From NCBI GenBank assembly GCA_964016885.1, contig OZ024743.1:261640001-261704000 (forward strand): a DNA stretch of 64,000 bases, in the 5' to 3' direction. Positions 25,954-37,839 of the stretch are shown piece by piece. Each line of letters begins with the position of its first letter. The stretch's first letter is position 1. The position numbers and the translations under genes were made by a program. Under the pieces are notes generated by a model. That model worked only from the letters and a program-made list of their open reading frames with translations, did no database searches and had not been told where the DNA came from. Source of the stretch: Eledone cirrhosa (Eukaryota).

Positions 25954-27536
25954 GTATATGTATGTATATTATATGTATGTATATGTATATTATATGTATA
26001 TATATGTATATTATATGTATATATATGTATATATATGTATATTATATCTATATATATGTATATGTATATATATGTATATGTATATATATGTATATATATG
26101 TATATGTATATATATGTATATGTATATATATGTATATGTATATATATGTATATATATGTATATGTATATATATGTATATGTATAGATATGTATATGTATA
26201 GATATGTATATGTATATATATGTATATGTATGTATATGTATATGTATGTATATGTATATATATGTATATGTATATATATGTATATATATATATGTATATG
26301 TATATATATGTATATATATGTATATGTATATATATGTATATATATATATGTATATGTATATATATGTATATATATATATGTATATATATATATGTATATG
26401 TATATATATGTATATATATATATGTATATGTATGTATATGTATGTATATGTATATATATGTATATATATATATGTATATATATGTATATATATATATGTA
26501 TATGTATGCATATATATGTATTTGTATATGTTTATGTATGTGTATGTATATGTTTATATATGTATATATGTATATATGTATATGTATATATATATATGTA
26601 TATAGATGTATATGCATATATATGTATATATGTATATATATATGTATATATATGTATATGCATATATATGTATATGTATATGCATGTATATGTATATGCA
26701 TATATATGTATATGTATATGCATATATATGTATATGCATATATATGTATATGTATATATATGTATATGTATATATATGTATATGCATATATATGTATATG
26801 TATATATATGTATATGCATATATATGTATATGTATATATATGTATATGCATATATATGTATATGCATATATATGTATATGCATATATATGTATATGTATA
26901 TATATGTATATGCATATATATGTATATGCATATATATGTATATGTATATATATGTATATGTATATGTGTATATATATGTATATGTATATGTGTATATATA
27001 TGCATATGTATATGTGTATATATATGTATATATAGATATATATACATATATATACATATATTTTTTTGATATGTATATATACATATATATACATATATTT
27101 AAAAATATATATATATATGTATATATATGTATATATATGTATATATATGAATGTATATGTATATAAATAGCATGTATATGTATATATATGTATATGTATA
27201 TGTCTGCATATATATGTATATGCATATGCATATATATGCATATGCATATATATGCATATGTGTATATATGTATATGCATATGTGTATATATGTATATGCA
27301 TATATATGTATATGTATATGCATATATATGTATATATATGTATGTATATGCATATAGATGTATATGCATATAGATGTATATGCATATATATGTATATGTA
27401 TGTATATGTCTTCATATGTATATATATGTATATGTATGTATATATATGTATGTATATGTATGTATATATATGTATGTATATGTATGTATATATATGTATG
27501 TATATGTATGTATATATATGTATGTATATGCACATG

Positions 27537-27569
<33 letters not shown>

Positions 27570-29022
27570 GCATATGTATATATATGTATGTATATGTATA
27601 TATATGTATGTATATGCATATATATGTATGTATGTATATGCATATATATGTATGTATATGCATATGCATATATATGTATGTATATGTATATGTATATATA
27701 TGTATATACATATATATATATATATGTATATACATATATATATATATATGTATATACATATATATATATATATGTATATACATATATATATGTATATGTA
27801 TATACATATATATGTATATATCTGTATATGCATATATATGTATATATATGTATATACATATATATGTATATATATGTATATATATATATATGTATATATA
27901 TGTATATACATATATATGTATATATGTGTATATACATATATGTGTATATACATATATATGTGTATGTGTATATACATATGTATATATATCCATATGCATA
28001 TATATGCATATGTGTATGTATATGCATATATGTATATGCATATATGTGTATGTATATATATGTATATATATATATATGTATATGCATATTTATGTATATG
28101 CATATTTATGTATATATATATATATGTATATTTATGTATATGCATATATATGTATATTTATGTATATGCATATATATGTGTATTCATGTATATGTGTATT
28201 TATGTATATGTGTATATATGCATATTTATGTATATGTATATATATATATATATGTGTATTTATGTATATGTATATATATGTGTATTTAAGTATATGTATA
28301 TATGTGTATTTATGTATATGTATATATGTGTATTTATGTATATGTATACATATGTGTATTTAAGTATATGTATATATGTGTATTTAAGTATATGTATATA
28401 TGTGTATTTATGTATATGTATATATGTGTATTTATGTATATGTATATATATGTGTATTTATGTATATGTATATATATGTGTATTTATGTATATGTATATA
28501 GATGTGTATTTATGTATATGTATGTCTATTTATGTATATGTGTATTTATGTATATGTATATATGTGTATTTATGTATATCTATATATATGTGTATTTATG
28601 TATATCTATATATATGTGTATTTATGTATATCTATATATATGTGTATTTATGTATATGTATATATGTGTATTTATGTATATGTATATTTATATATATGTA
28701 TATATGTATATTTATATATATGTATATATATGTATATGTATATATTTATGTATATATGTATATTTATGTATATATGTATATTTATGTGTATATGTATATT
28801 TATGTATATTTATGTGTATATGTATATTTATGTATATTTATGTGTATATGTATATTTATGTATGTATATTTATGTATGTATATTTATGTATATGTATATT
28901 TATGTATATGTATATTTATGTATATTTATATATATGTATATTTATGTATATGTATATTTATGTATATGTATATTTATGTATATGTATATGTTTATATATG
29001 TATGTATATATATATATGTATA
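24881..29022. repeat. ~4.1-kb compound microsatellite (TATG/TA/TGCA/TATT blocks)
   Basis: Direct reading; successive blocks dominated by different variants. Confidence 0.95.
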
Positions 29023-29560
29023 ATCATCACTGTTTTACGTCCGTTCTTCTACGCTAGCATGGGTTAGACGGGCTGTCCTGTTGTGGGCTGTAGCCGGTTG
29101 GTTGATCATGCCTTGCTCGTACGGCAACCGATTCTGGCTTGATTTCTACAGCTGGATGCCCTTCTTAAAACCAACCTCATTTACAGTGGGCTGGGTGCGT
29201 TTTTGCCGTGGCACCTCCACGACCACTTTGCTGTGGTAGGGTGTGGGGGCATATTGTCTATATACCTGTACCCGTGGGGGGGGGGGGGGGGGTCGTTTTT
29301 TTTTGTGTTATTGCGTAATACCAGAGGTCACCGCTGTGTGTCATCACCTTGGAGAGGTGTAATTTGGTAAGGTCGGCTTTTATCACCTCATCCCAGGTCT
29401 TCTTGGGTCCCTCCTCTCCGCGGTTTCCATCGACTTGTAGCGCTCTGCATCTTTTTATGCAGCTGTGATCCTTCATATGCATCACATGTCCATACCAACG
29501 CAACCGCCTCTCCTGCACACAGCATTTGATTCCTCTTATGCTCAGTCTCTCTCTTAATTC
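29023..29560 (-). mobile_element. RTE LINE 3' fragment, subfamily B
   Basis: ORF 29258-29518 [19 protein letters not shown]; subfamily B 3' UTR; 5' end abuts the maT TIR. Confidence 0.85.
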
Positions 29561-30812
29561 GTGTGCGGGCGAAATTTGTTCGCAAGATTACTGTCTAGGA
29601 AAAAACAACACAGTAGTTTTATTTTTTAAGATATATTTATCAAACTTGGGTCAGTTTGTCTTCATGACTTGTTCTTTCGAGCTCACTCGATAAACCCGCC
29701 ATTGGCTTTGATGACGGCCTCAAGGAAGCCTCGGAACCGGCTACAGTCCTTTGTCACTGTCCCCTGACTTAGGCCCCTAAAGGCACTTGTGATCCTGGCC
29801 TTCAGATCGTCTTTCGTATTGCAGCTAGATCTGTTGATGTCTCGTTCCACTGCGCCCCACACAAAGAAGTTGAAGGGGTTGCAGTCAGGAGAGCTGGGAG
29901 GCCAGATGTCAGGTGAAGTGTGGTCGACGAAGTTCTCTGACAGCCAGGCTTGGGTCTTTCGGCTGGTATGGCAGGGTGCTGAATCTTGCTGCCACACGTA
30001 CGGCCTACCTGCAGCTACCTGGTCGATCCAGGGCTTTACTACCTCGCTCAGAACGCGGATGTAGCCATCGGTGTTCAGCTTGAGGCCCAATGTTGTCGCT
30101 GGAAACTTTGTCTGCATGACTCTGGGCACGTCTTTGGATGAGACAGCGAGCCACCTGTTGTTCTGGGAGTTGATCTTCTGGTCTTGGCAGAAGTTTTTCT
30201 CGTCGGAGAAAAACCACAGCATGCCTGGCTCCAGTGGGTGTTTCAACTTGTTGATCAGCTTCTTTGTGTGCTTCAGTCGCTTTTCTTGCATCGCCTTTGA
30301 CAGAAATTCTTTCCTCATCTTGTATGAAACATAGCGAATGTCTTCATGTACCACCAACCTAATGAGCTTTTCATCCACGTCTTTCTCCCTTGCAATGGCA
30401 CTTTCTCCATTGCATCGACTTGCTAGGTTCATTGTTGATGATATCCTGAACTTCAGCGAAGAACACGGGCGTTCTGAAGGCGTCAGATCGTCGATCATGT
30501 GTTTTCCTCTCTGGTGTTGCTTTGTAGTCGAATCCTGAATCTTCCAATTCCTTTCTGACCTTTTCCACCATTCTCCTGCTGACCCTGAGAAAGTCTGAAA
30601 TTTCCTTATTTGTCCTCTCGGTGCGGATTCCAAGAAGAACTCTGTGTCTCTTCCACAAATTTGGAGGTTCAAAATTATTCATAATCAATTATTCTTAAAA
30701 TAAATAATGGAAATATAGTCACTGCTCTTATGAAGACAAGAGTGACAATGGAAGTAAAAAAAATTTGCATAAAATTAGCAGTTGAAAATTGCGAACAAAT
30801 ATCGTGCACACC

Positions 30813-30815
<3 letters not shown>
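29561..30815 (-). mobile_element. Tc1/mariner DD37D (maT-type) DNA transposon, defective
   Basis: WFFSDEKNF, VWQQDSAPCH, WPPSSPDCNPF(N/D): 37 residues between 2nd and 3rd catalytic positions; TIR CAGGGTGTGCACGATATTTGTTCGCAA with TA at 30816; other TIR clipped. Confidence 0.9.
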
Positions 30816-30853
<38 letters not shown>

Positions 30854-30854
30854 T

Positions 30855-30968
30855 ATAGGAAAACCATCGAGCCCCTGACTCTTTTCCTATTACCCACTCT
30901 ACTACCCTAAGAATTGAGTACTCTGGTGCGTTATGGTCCATCTGGTATCTTACCACACCTTCTTTGTT
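30855..30968 (+). mobile_element. Miniature PLE tail insertion with short inverted arm
   Basis: ATAGGAAAA...TTTTCCTAT then TACCCACTCTACTACC...TCTTTGTT, homologous to 31339-31420 and 34238-34320; in (TA)n. Confidence 0.75.
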
Positions 30969-30974
30969 ATATAT

Positions 30975-31302
30975 ATCATCATTCATCATCATTTCATTTT
31001 ACGTCCGCTTTTTCCTTGCTTGCAAGGGTGGGACGGGAACTGATGCTGGCTTGATTTCTACAGCTGGATGCCCTTCCTAACACCAACCTCATTTTACAGT
31101 GAGTGCTGGGTGCTTTTTTGCTGTGGCACCTCCACGACCACTTTGCAGTGGAATGATAGGGACCCCAGTCCCTATCATCTCATTTCTACAGCTGAGTAAA
31201 CTGGAGCAATGTAAAATAAAGTGTCTTGCTCAAGGAAACAACACATCACCCGGTCTGAGAATTGAACTCACAACCTTTCGATTGCAAGGAAGCCATGTGC
31301 CC

Positions 31303-31304
<2 letters not shown>
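30975..31304 (-). mobile_element. CORE-type SINE with RTE tail (second copy)
   Basis: Reverse complement of 19446-19784 with a deletion in the head. Confidence 0.85.
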
Positions 31305-31338
<34 letters not shown>

Positions 31339-31340
<2 letters not shown>

Positions 31341-33554
31341 CGAAGGAAATGTGGTAAGGAACCAGGTGGACCATAACGCACCAAAGTACTCAATACTTGA
31401 GGTAGTAGAGTGGGTAATAGGAACCAGTAAGACCCCCGCCGATCAAACCATCCTAGGAACATCACAAACAACCTGGTCAAAAACATCTCCCTCCGCATAT
31501 CCCGTTTGTCAGCTAATGAGCGGATATTCGATGAACATGCGCCTTATTACAACCAGGCCCTCAAGCGGAGTGGTTTCCGGGAGGAAATATCCTACTGTCC
31601 AGCTCCCATTAGCGGAACCAGCAGGAGACACCGCCGCTCACGCAATGTAACATGGTTCAATCCTCCCCACAACGCAGAGGTGACAACTCCCATCGGGAAA
31701 CTATTCTTTAGGCTCATTGAAAAACACTTCCCATTACAACACCGCTACCACAACATAATTAACAAAAATACCATCAAACTCTCTTACAGCACTACACCAA
31801 ACTTCGCACAAAACATCGTCTCCTCTAACAACAAAAAACTCAACCCCGATGGCAGAATTAACCTAAATAGCAGTGGAGAACCGACCAGGAGGTGTAACTG
31901 CCCGGATAGATCTATTTGCCCACTCGACAATAGATGCAGAGACCGTAATGTGATCTACCAGTGCAACGTGAGGACGGATACCTCCAACAAAGCCTATATA
32001 GGACTTACCGCATGTGACTTCAAGACCCGGCTATACCAACATAGACATACCTTCCGAAACCCGGCCCGGCGTCACGCCACTACACTTTCGGGCCACATAT
32101 GGGACCTCAAGGACAACAACATCACCTATGATCTCACTTGGAGATTACTGTCCAGAGCCAATTCTTACACGGGAGGACGCCGTCCGTGCAATTTATGCTC
32201 GGAGGAAACTTTACAAATGCTGTTTTCGACGGACCAACTCCTAAACAAGAAAGATGAACTGGTCACTGCATGTAAACATAGATTGCGTAAGACTTACCTC
32301 GCCCTCAAACCCCATAATGACCCGGGGGGGTAGACTAGGGCTATAACACCCCACTTGCCGATTTTGCAATGGGTAACCCCTGCTTGCCAAGGAAGACGTA
32401 AGATCTTCTTTGTATTCTTTTATCGCTTCCTTTATTTCCTCCCCCCCCCTCTCCTTAGTCCTTCTACCCCAGCTCTTCTCCTTTGTCGGCGTCTTTTCTC
32501 GCCCACCCGAGGCTGCCCTTTGGCCCCATGTAGCCTTAGTACCCCCACCACCCCTTCCCCTAGTCTATGATAGATTTGGCGGACTCCGCCCTTTATAGCA
32601 GTTGGCTTAGACCCCGGATACTTGCCCCCCTTTTTCCGACCGCTCCCACTATCCTCTGTGCCCTCTATATTTCTTAGTGGCACTTATGCCTTATTTTTTC
32701 GTTTCAGTATTTCTTGCTTCGCTTTTCTTCTGGGCGGGGTGGATTCTGAATTTATTTCTCCGTATTCTACCTTTATTTCGTACGAACTTTCATGTAGCTT
32801 GTTTTAGATCTTTTAGAGTTAGCATTAGTATATATTTTTCTCGGGACTCAGAATTATTATCTCATACAAGTTCACTTTGCTGCACTGGGTCGTTGCTGGC
32901 CCGGGATGGAAACCTTTATTGTTTATTTCGTGGTAGTCTCTTTAGTATTTTGGCCCCTTTTGTTGACCCGTCACCGTATCATTTACGTACTTATACCTCT
33001 TAAAAGGGTCCTTGCCTAATCCGTCCCACCTAGTTCTTTTACTTATTTCGTTATTTCTTTATTTCTTTATTTCTTTCTTTACTTCTTTCTTTCTTTCTTT
33101 ATTTTATTCTAGCCTAACAATAGCCTGAGACCTAGGTCGTAGAATTTAATTTACTTTACTTTTTTCTTTACACTTATTTGCTTTTCTTCACTCTCAGTAT
33201 TTTTTCTTTCCTATATATATTTTTCTACCCCCCATTGTTCTACCTACCGTTCCGACTTCCTCCCCCTCCCCTGTATCTTCTTTGACCTCATGCCCAGCTG
33301 TAGCTGGCACTACCAACGCTTGATTGGGTCTACTCCACCCCCTCCCCTCTTTCCCCTACTGGCAGGTTTAGCCACCATCTCCCCTACTAATTTGCAACCA
33401 CAGAATCACTACTGATTTTTGACAATCACTTTGACCATATATGGAATTACCCCTTGAGAAGATCGGCTATTTAAATACCAGGATAAATTTTCATTTAGTC
33501 CAGAATTAGCCGTCGAAACGGCTTGAGCTCAGCTGTCGGGGTCTTACTGGTTCC

Positions 33555-33557
<3 letters not shown>
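31339..33557 (+). mobile_element. Penelope-like element (tentatively Nematis-like), 5'-truncated with inverted terminal segment
   Basis: ORF 31506-32333: WFNPP, CNC..CPL..C..NVIYQC..YIGLT..FKTRLYQH (GIY-YIG); long 3' UTR; 31339-31436 is an inverted copy of the 3' tail; both ends in (TA)n. Confidence 0.92.
33449..33542 (+). ncRNA. Type I hammerhead ribozyme, U3-A8 core variant
   Basis: Stem I ACCCC/GGGGT; TTGAGAA 33454-33460; stem II GAtCGGCTA/TAGCCGTC with long loop; GAAA 33515-33518; stem III ACGGCT/AGCTGT; GUC site ending 33537. Confidence 0.8.
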
Positions 33558-33586
<29 letters not shown>

Positions 33587-33819
33587 CAATGATGTTTCGT
33601 TTGCTTGTGTATCGAATCACATACACTATATATATATATATAATAATAGTAATAAACAAAAGATTTATACTTTATATCACCTCTATTTATTTCATGAAAT
33701 ATATTTGTTATTATAATAATACTCCTGATAGAGTGCTTGGCATCTATTATCTATAGGAATCAGTTGATCACAAATCATCTAACTCTTTTTTCAATGATTA
33801 ATATATATATTATATATAT

Positions 33820-34135
33820 ATATATTATAATTGAATATGAAAGAGATAAACACGGATATACACATATGTGTTCAAATCGTAAGGGACTAATTCTGGTTTG
33901 TATTTATTTTCTTGATTTATTCTTAAATTTAGTCTGGCAAACCCTATTGTCCATAGTTAGTATCTTTTCCACCTTAGCGAATCTGGTCCCTTACGATTTG
34001 AACACATATATGTGTATATCTGTGTTTATCTCTCTTTTATATTCAATTATAATATATGGCTCGGAAAAATCTCTTTCTTTGAGCTATCTAATTGTAAGAG
34101 ACTATTTTGAGTTTCTAACTCAATATATACCTTTT
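33820..34135. mobile_element. Non-coding snap-back hairpin element in (TA)n (different sequence family)
   Basis: Inverted arms ~33820-33893 / ~33979-34057, spacer ~85 bp, tail to ~34135. Confidence 0.7.
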
Positions 34136-34237
34136 ATATATATATTGGAATTGGTGCTCTGAAATAGCGATATATATATGAATGTATATATAGTGTATTT
34201 TGCAATACACTATATATACATTTATATATATATATAT

Positions 34238-36732
34238 AACAAAGGAATTGTGGTAAGGAACCAAATGGACCATAATGCACCAGAGTACTCAATACTTAGC
34301 ATAGTAGAGTGGGAAATAAGAAAAAAGTATGGCAGAGCTCAAGCCGTTTCGACGGCTATTTCTGGACAAAATTAGAATTTTTAGCCTGGTGAATAAATAG
34401 CCGAACTTTTCAAGGGGGGTACTTCCTTATATGGTCAGATTGTAGTTGTCAAGAGGATTGATTAAAATTTGTTGTAAACACAAATAAGTCTATCATTTGG
34501 TGGGGGGTAGGGGTGGCTGAACTTGCCTGTAGAACAATAGGGGAGTGAGTGGAGCGGTCAAGCGTTGAAAGTGATATGTATACATCAGATTCTAAGGATA
34601 GTGTATGAAGTGGGGGAGGGAGGTAATCGAAAGAGAGTAGGAGACAATAAAAGATACTAGAAATAAATTAAAAAAAAAAAAAAAAAAAAAAATTAGATAG
34701 TGAGAAAGGAATAAAGAAATCACAATGCTATCTTACAATTACAGGTTAATAAGTTGAGAATAGAAAAAACTTATAGAAATTACAAAACAGATACAAACTT
34801 AAAAGGGTTTTTAACACATCTGCTATAAGTAGTTAGAATTGGCCGAATACGTTTTACTATCTTAAAATAACAGGGGTGGGGGAACTGATGCTACAAGGCC
34901 CGATGGGCTGCATCGGGGTAGGCAAAAGGGGAAAGCAGACGAGGAAGAAAATAGGGGGTGGAAGGAAGTGATAGGATGAGACAGGGGGAAGAAGGAGACA
35001 AAGAGGAAAAGAAGAGGGATACATTTATCTATGTAAGCTGGAGTTTCCCCTAACTTATTCGGCAAGTGTGTGTGTGGGGTGTATCAGCCCTTGTCTACCC
35101 ACCCGGGTCGTTATAGGGTTTGAGGGCGAGGTAAGTCCTACGCAATCTGTGTTTGCATGCGGTTACCAGTTCATCTTTCTTGTTTATGAGTTGGTCCTTT
35201 GAAAACAGCATTTGTAATGTTTCTTCCGAGCATAAGTTACATGGACGGCGTGCTCCGGTGTAAGAGTTAGCCCTGGACAGTAAGCTCCAAGTGAGATTGT
35301 AGGTTATATTGTTATCTTGGAGGTCCCAGATGTGGCCAAACGTGTAGTGGCATGTCGCCGAACCGGGTTTCGGAAAGTGTGTCGGTGTTGGTAGAGCCGG
35401 GTCTTGAAGTCACATACGGTTAATCCTATATAAGCTTTGTTGGAAGTGTCCGTCCTCACGTTGCACTGGTAGATCACGTTACGTTCTCGGCATTTGTTGT
35501 TGAGGGGGGCACGTAGATCTATCAGGGCAGTTACACCTCCTGGTTGGCTCTCCACTGATGTCTAGGTTATTTCTTCCATAGGGGTTGAGTTTTTTGTTGT
35601 TTGAGGAGACAATGTTTTGTACGAAGTTAGGTGTGGTGCTGTAGGAGAGTTTGATGGTGTTTTTGTTGATTATGTTGTGGTAGCGGTGTTGTAGTGGGAA
35701 ATGTTTTTCGAGGAGTCTAAAGAAGATTTTCCCCAATAGGTGTTGCCACCTTGGCATTGTGGGGAGGATTGAACCACGTTACGTTGCGTGAGCGGCGGTG
35801 TCGCCTGCTGGTTCCGCTAAGGGAAGCTGGATACAAGGATATTTTCTACTATTTAAACTCACCGAAATGTTTCCTGCATTCGGCGGTGGATTATACCGGG
35901 ATGATGGGCTCCTCACCCTCAAAGGGTACAACCCCAGTAGTACAGACCGGGTCTGTAAACAACTAATCAACTTCTTCCGGGACTGGGGATTTAAAATCAC
36001 CCTAACCCGAGTTAATTTCCTGGACGTTACTCTTAACCTCGAAAATGATCTGTACTACTCATACAGGAAACCAAACGACAACATGCACTACATCCACCGC
36101 CGCTCTAACCATCCTAGAAACATCACCAATAACCTGGTTAAAAACATCTCCCTCCTTATATCTTGTTTGTCCGCTAATGAGCAGATATTCGACGAACACG
36201 CGCCTCATTACAACCAGGCCCTTAAGCGGAGTGGCTTCCGGGAGGAAATATCCTTTTATCCAGCTTCCCTTAGCGGAACCAACTTATTAACCTGTAATTG
36301 TAAGATAGCATTGTGATTTCTTTATTCATTTCTCACTATCTAATTTTTTTAATTTTTTTATTTCTTTCTAGTATCTTTTATTGTCTCCTACTCTCTTTCG
36401 ATTTACCTATTCTATAACCTCCCTCCATCACTTCATACACTATTCTTAGAATCTGATGTATACATATCACTTTCAACGCTTGACCGCTCCACTCACTCCC
36501 CTATTGTTCTACAGGCAAGTTCAGCCACCCCTACCTCCCACCAAATGCCATGATAAACTTATTTGTGTTTACAACAAATTTTAACCAATCCTCTTGACAA
36601 CTACAATCTTCCCATATAAGGAAGTACGCCCTTGAAAAGTTTGGCTATTTATTCACCAGGCTAAACATTCTAATTTAGTCCAGAAATAGCCGTTGAAATG
36701 GCTTGAGCTCTGCCGTCAGGGTCATACTTTTT

Positions 36733-36737
<5 letters not shown>
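34238..36737. mobile_element. Rearranged inverted Penelope-like element, same lineage as 31339-33557
   Basis: Minus: tail, HHR, 3' UTR and GIY-YIG ORF to ~35845; plus: RT segment (LYRDDGL, VNFLDVTL, SNHP) ~35846-36281 jumping to the 3' UTR and HHR; inverted arms ~34320-34755 / ~36281-36737. Confidence 0.88.
36627..36722 (+). ncRNA. Degenerate hammerhead ribozyme (U3-A8 variant)
   Basis: TTGAAAA 36632-36638, GGCTATTT/AAATAGCC stem II, GAAA 36695-36698, GTC 36715-36717; stem I imperfect. Confidence 0.65.
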
Positions 36738-36797
<60 letters not shown>

Positions 36798-36801
<4 letters not shown>

Positions 36802-37067
36802 GAAGTAATTCCGTCGGAAAGGTCCAGGAAAAAAGAGTGCTCTATGTAGGTTACAGAGCTTATTAGTTATGTAATAAACAACATAGGATAATTATTTCAT
36901 TTATCAGTGGTTTCTTGAAAGCAAACAAATTTGCTTTCAGTCATCAGAATGAAAAAATCCTGGTGTATTTATTGAAAGTGGATTTGAGATGACTGAAAGC
37001 AAATTTGTTTGCTTTCAAGAAACCACTGGTAAATGAAATAATTATCTTATGTTGTTTATTACATAAC

Positions 37068-37071
<4 letters not shown>
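36798..37071. mobile_element. Second copy of the HHR hairpin element (opposite orientation)
   Basis: Tail 36798-36861, arms 36862-36945 / 36988-37071, in (TA)n; homologous to 9974-10224. Confidence 0.85.
36895..36954 (-). ncRNA. Minimal type I hammerhead ribozyme
   Basis: Minus strand TTTCATT-CTGATGA-cTGAAAGCAAA-tttg-TTTGCTTTCAa-GAAACCACTGATA-AATGAAA: perfect 7-bp stem I, 10-bp stem II; one stem III mutation. Confidence 0.78.
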
Positions 37072-37108
<37 letters not shown>

Positions 37109-37839
37109 TTTATTATGCCTAAATAGTGAGTCTTATTAGTCTGGATTTTTTTCTGCTTCTCATAGGGTCAGTTGTAGGGTTGTATAAAGAAAAACTTTTA
37201 TAAACTGAAAATTTCTAAAACAATTAGATTACTTTCTTTTAATACTTTCTTCAAATGTTAGAGATTTTAAACTGATCACAGAGGTAGCTCTCTCTCGCTC
37301 TCTCTCTACACACACACATGCTTTAATGTGATGTATATATATATATATATATATATATGATATATATGTGCGTGTGTGTACATGTATATTCATGTAAGTG
37401 TGTATGTGTTTTAGTATACACATACACACAATTATGACCATGAACCAGTTCAGTTAAAAGGCAAGGTGTGGGTTAGTGCATCTATCCAAAATAGGTAACA
37501 TAGACGGACAGACGAATAGACAGATTAATCAGAGGTATCATCCCACGCACAATTCCTCCACCACCATTGCCATCATCTCATTATTAAACACCTCAGCCTA
37601 AATCCCCTTGTTTCAAACCATGCAACTCCCACCACAAAACTCTCCCCATAGAATTCTCATCACACAACCCCTTCTACATAGCTCCCACCATGCAACTTTC
37701 ACCACACTGCCTGCACCATGTGCCCACCACACAACCTTGAAATTTGCTCTAAATCTTGTTATTGATGGTGTTAGTGTATTTCAATGCGGTAGGCTGGTTT
37801 GATGTTTTTTTTTTTTTTGTAAATTCTGTTTGTTAGTTT

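Noticed and set aside
14180-29067. Very long ORFs (up to 860 aa) rich in Y/I/C/V/M/H/T
   Set aside because: Translations of TA/TG microsatellites, which lack stop codons in several frames; not genes
33979-34000. Hammerhead motif in the 33820-34135 hairpin
   Set aside because: No CUGANGA box or intact GAAA found; only the architecture is shared
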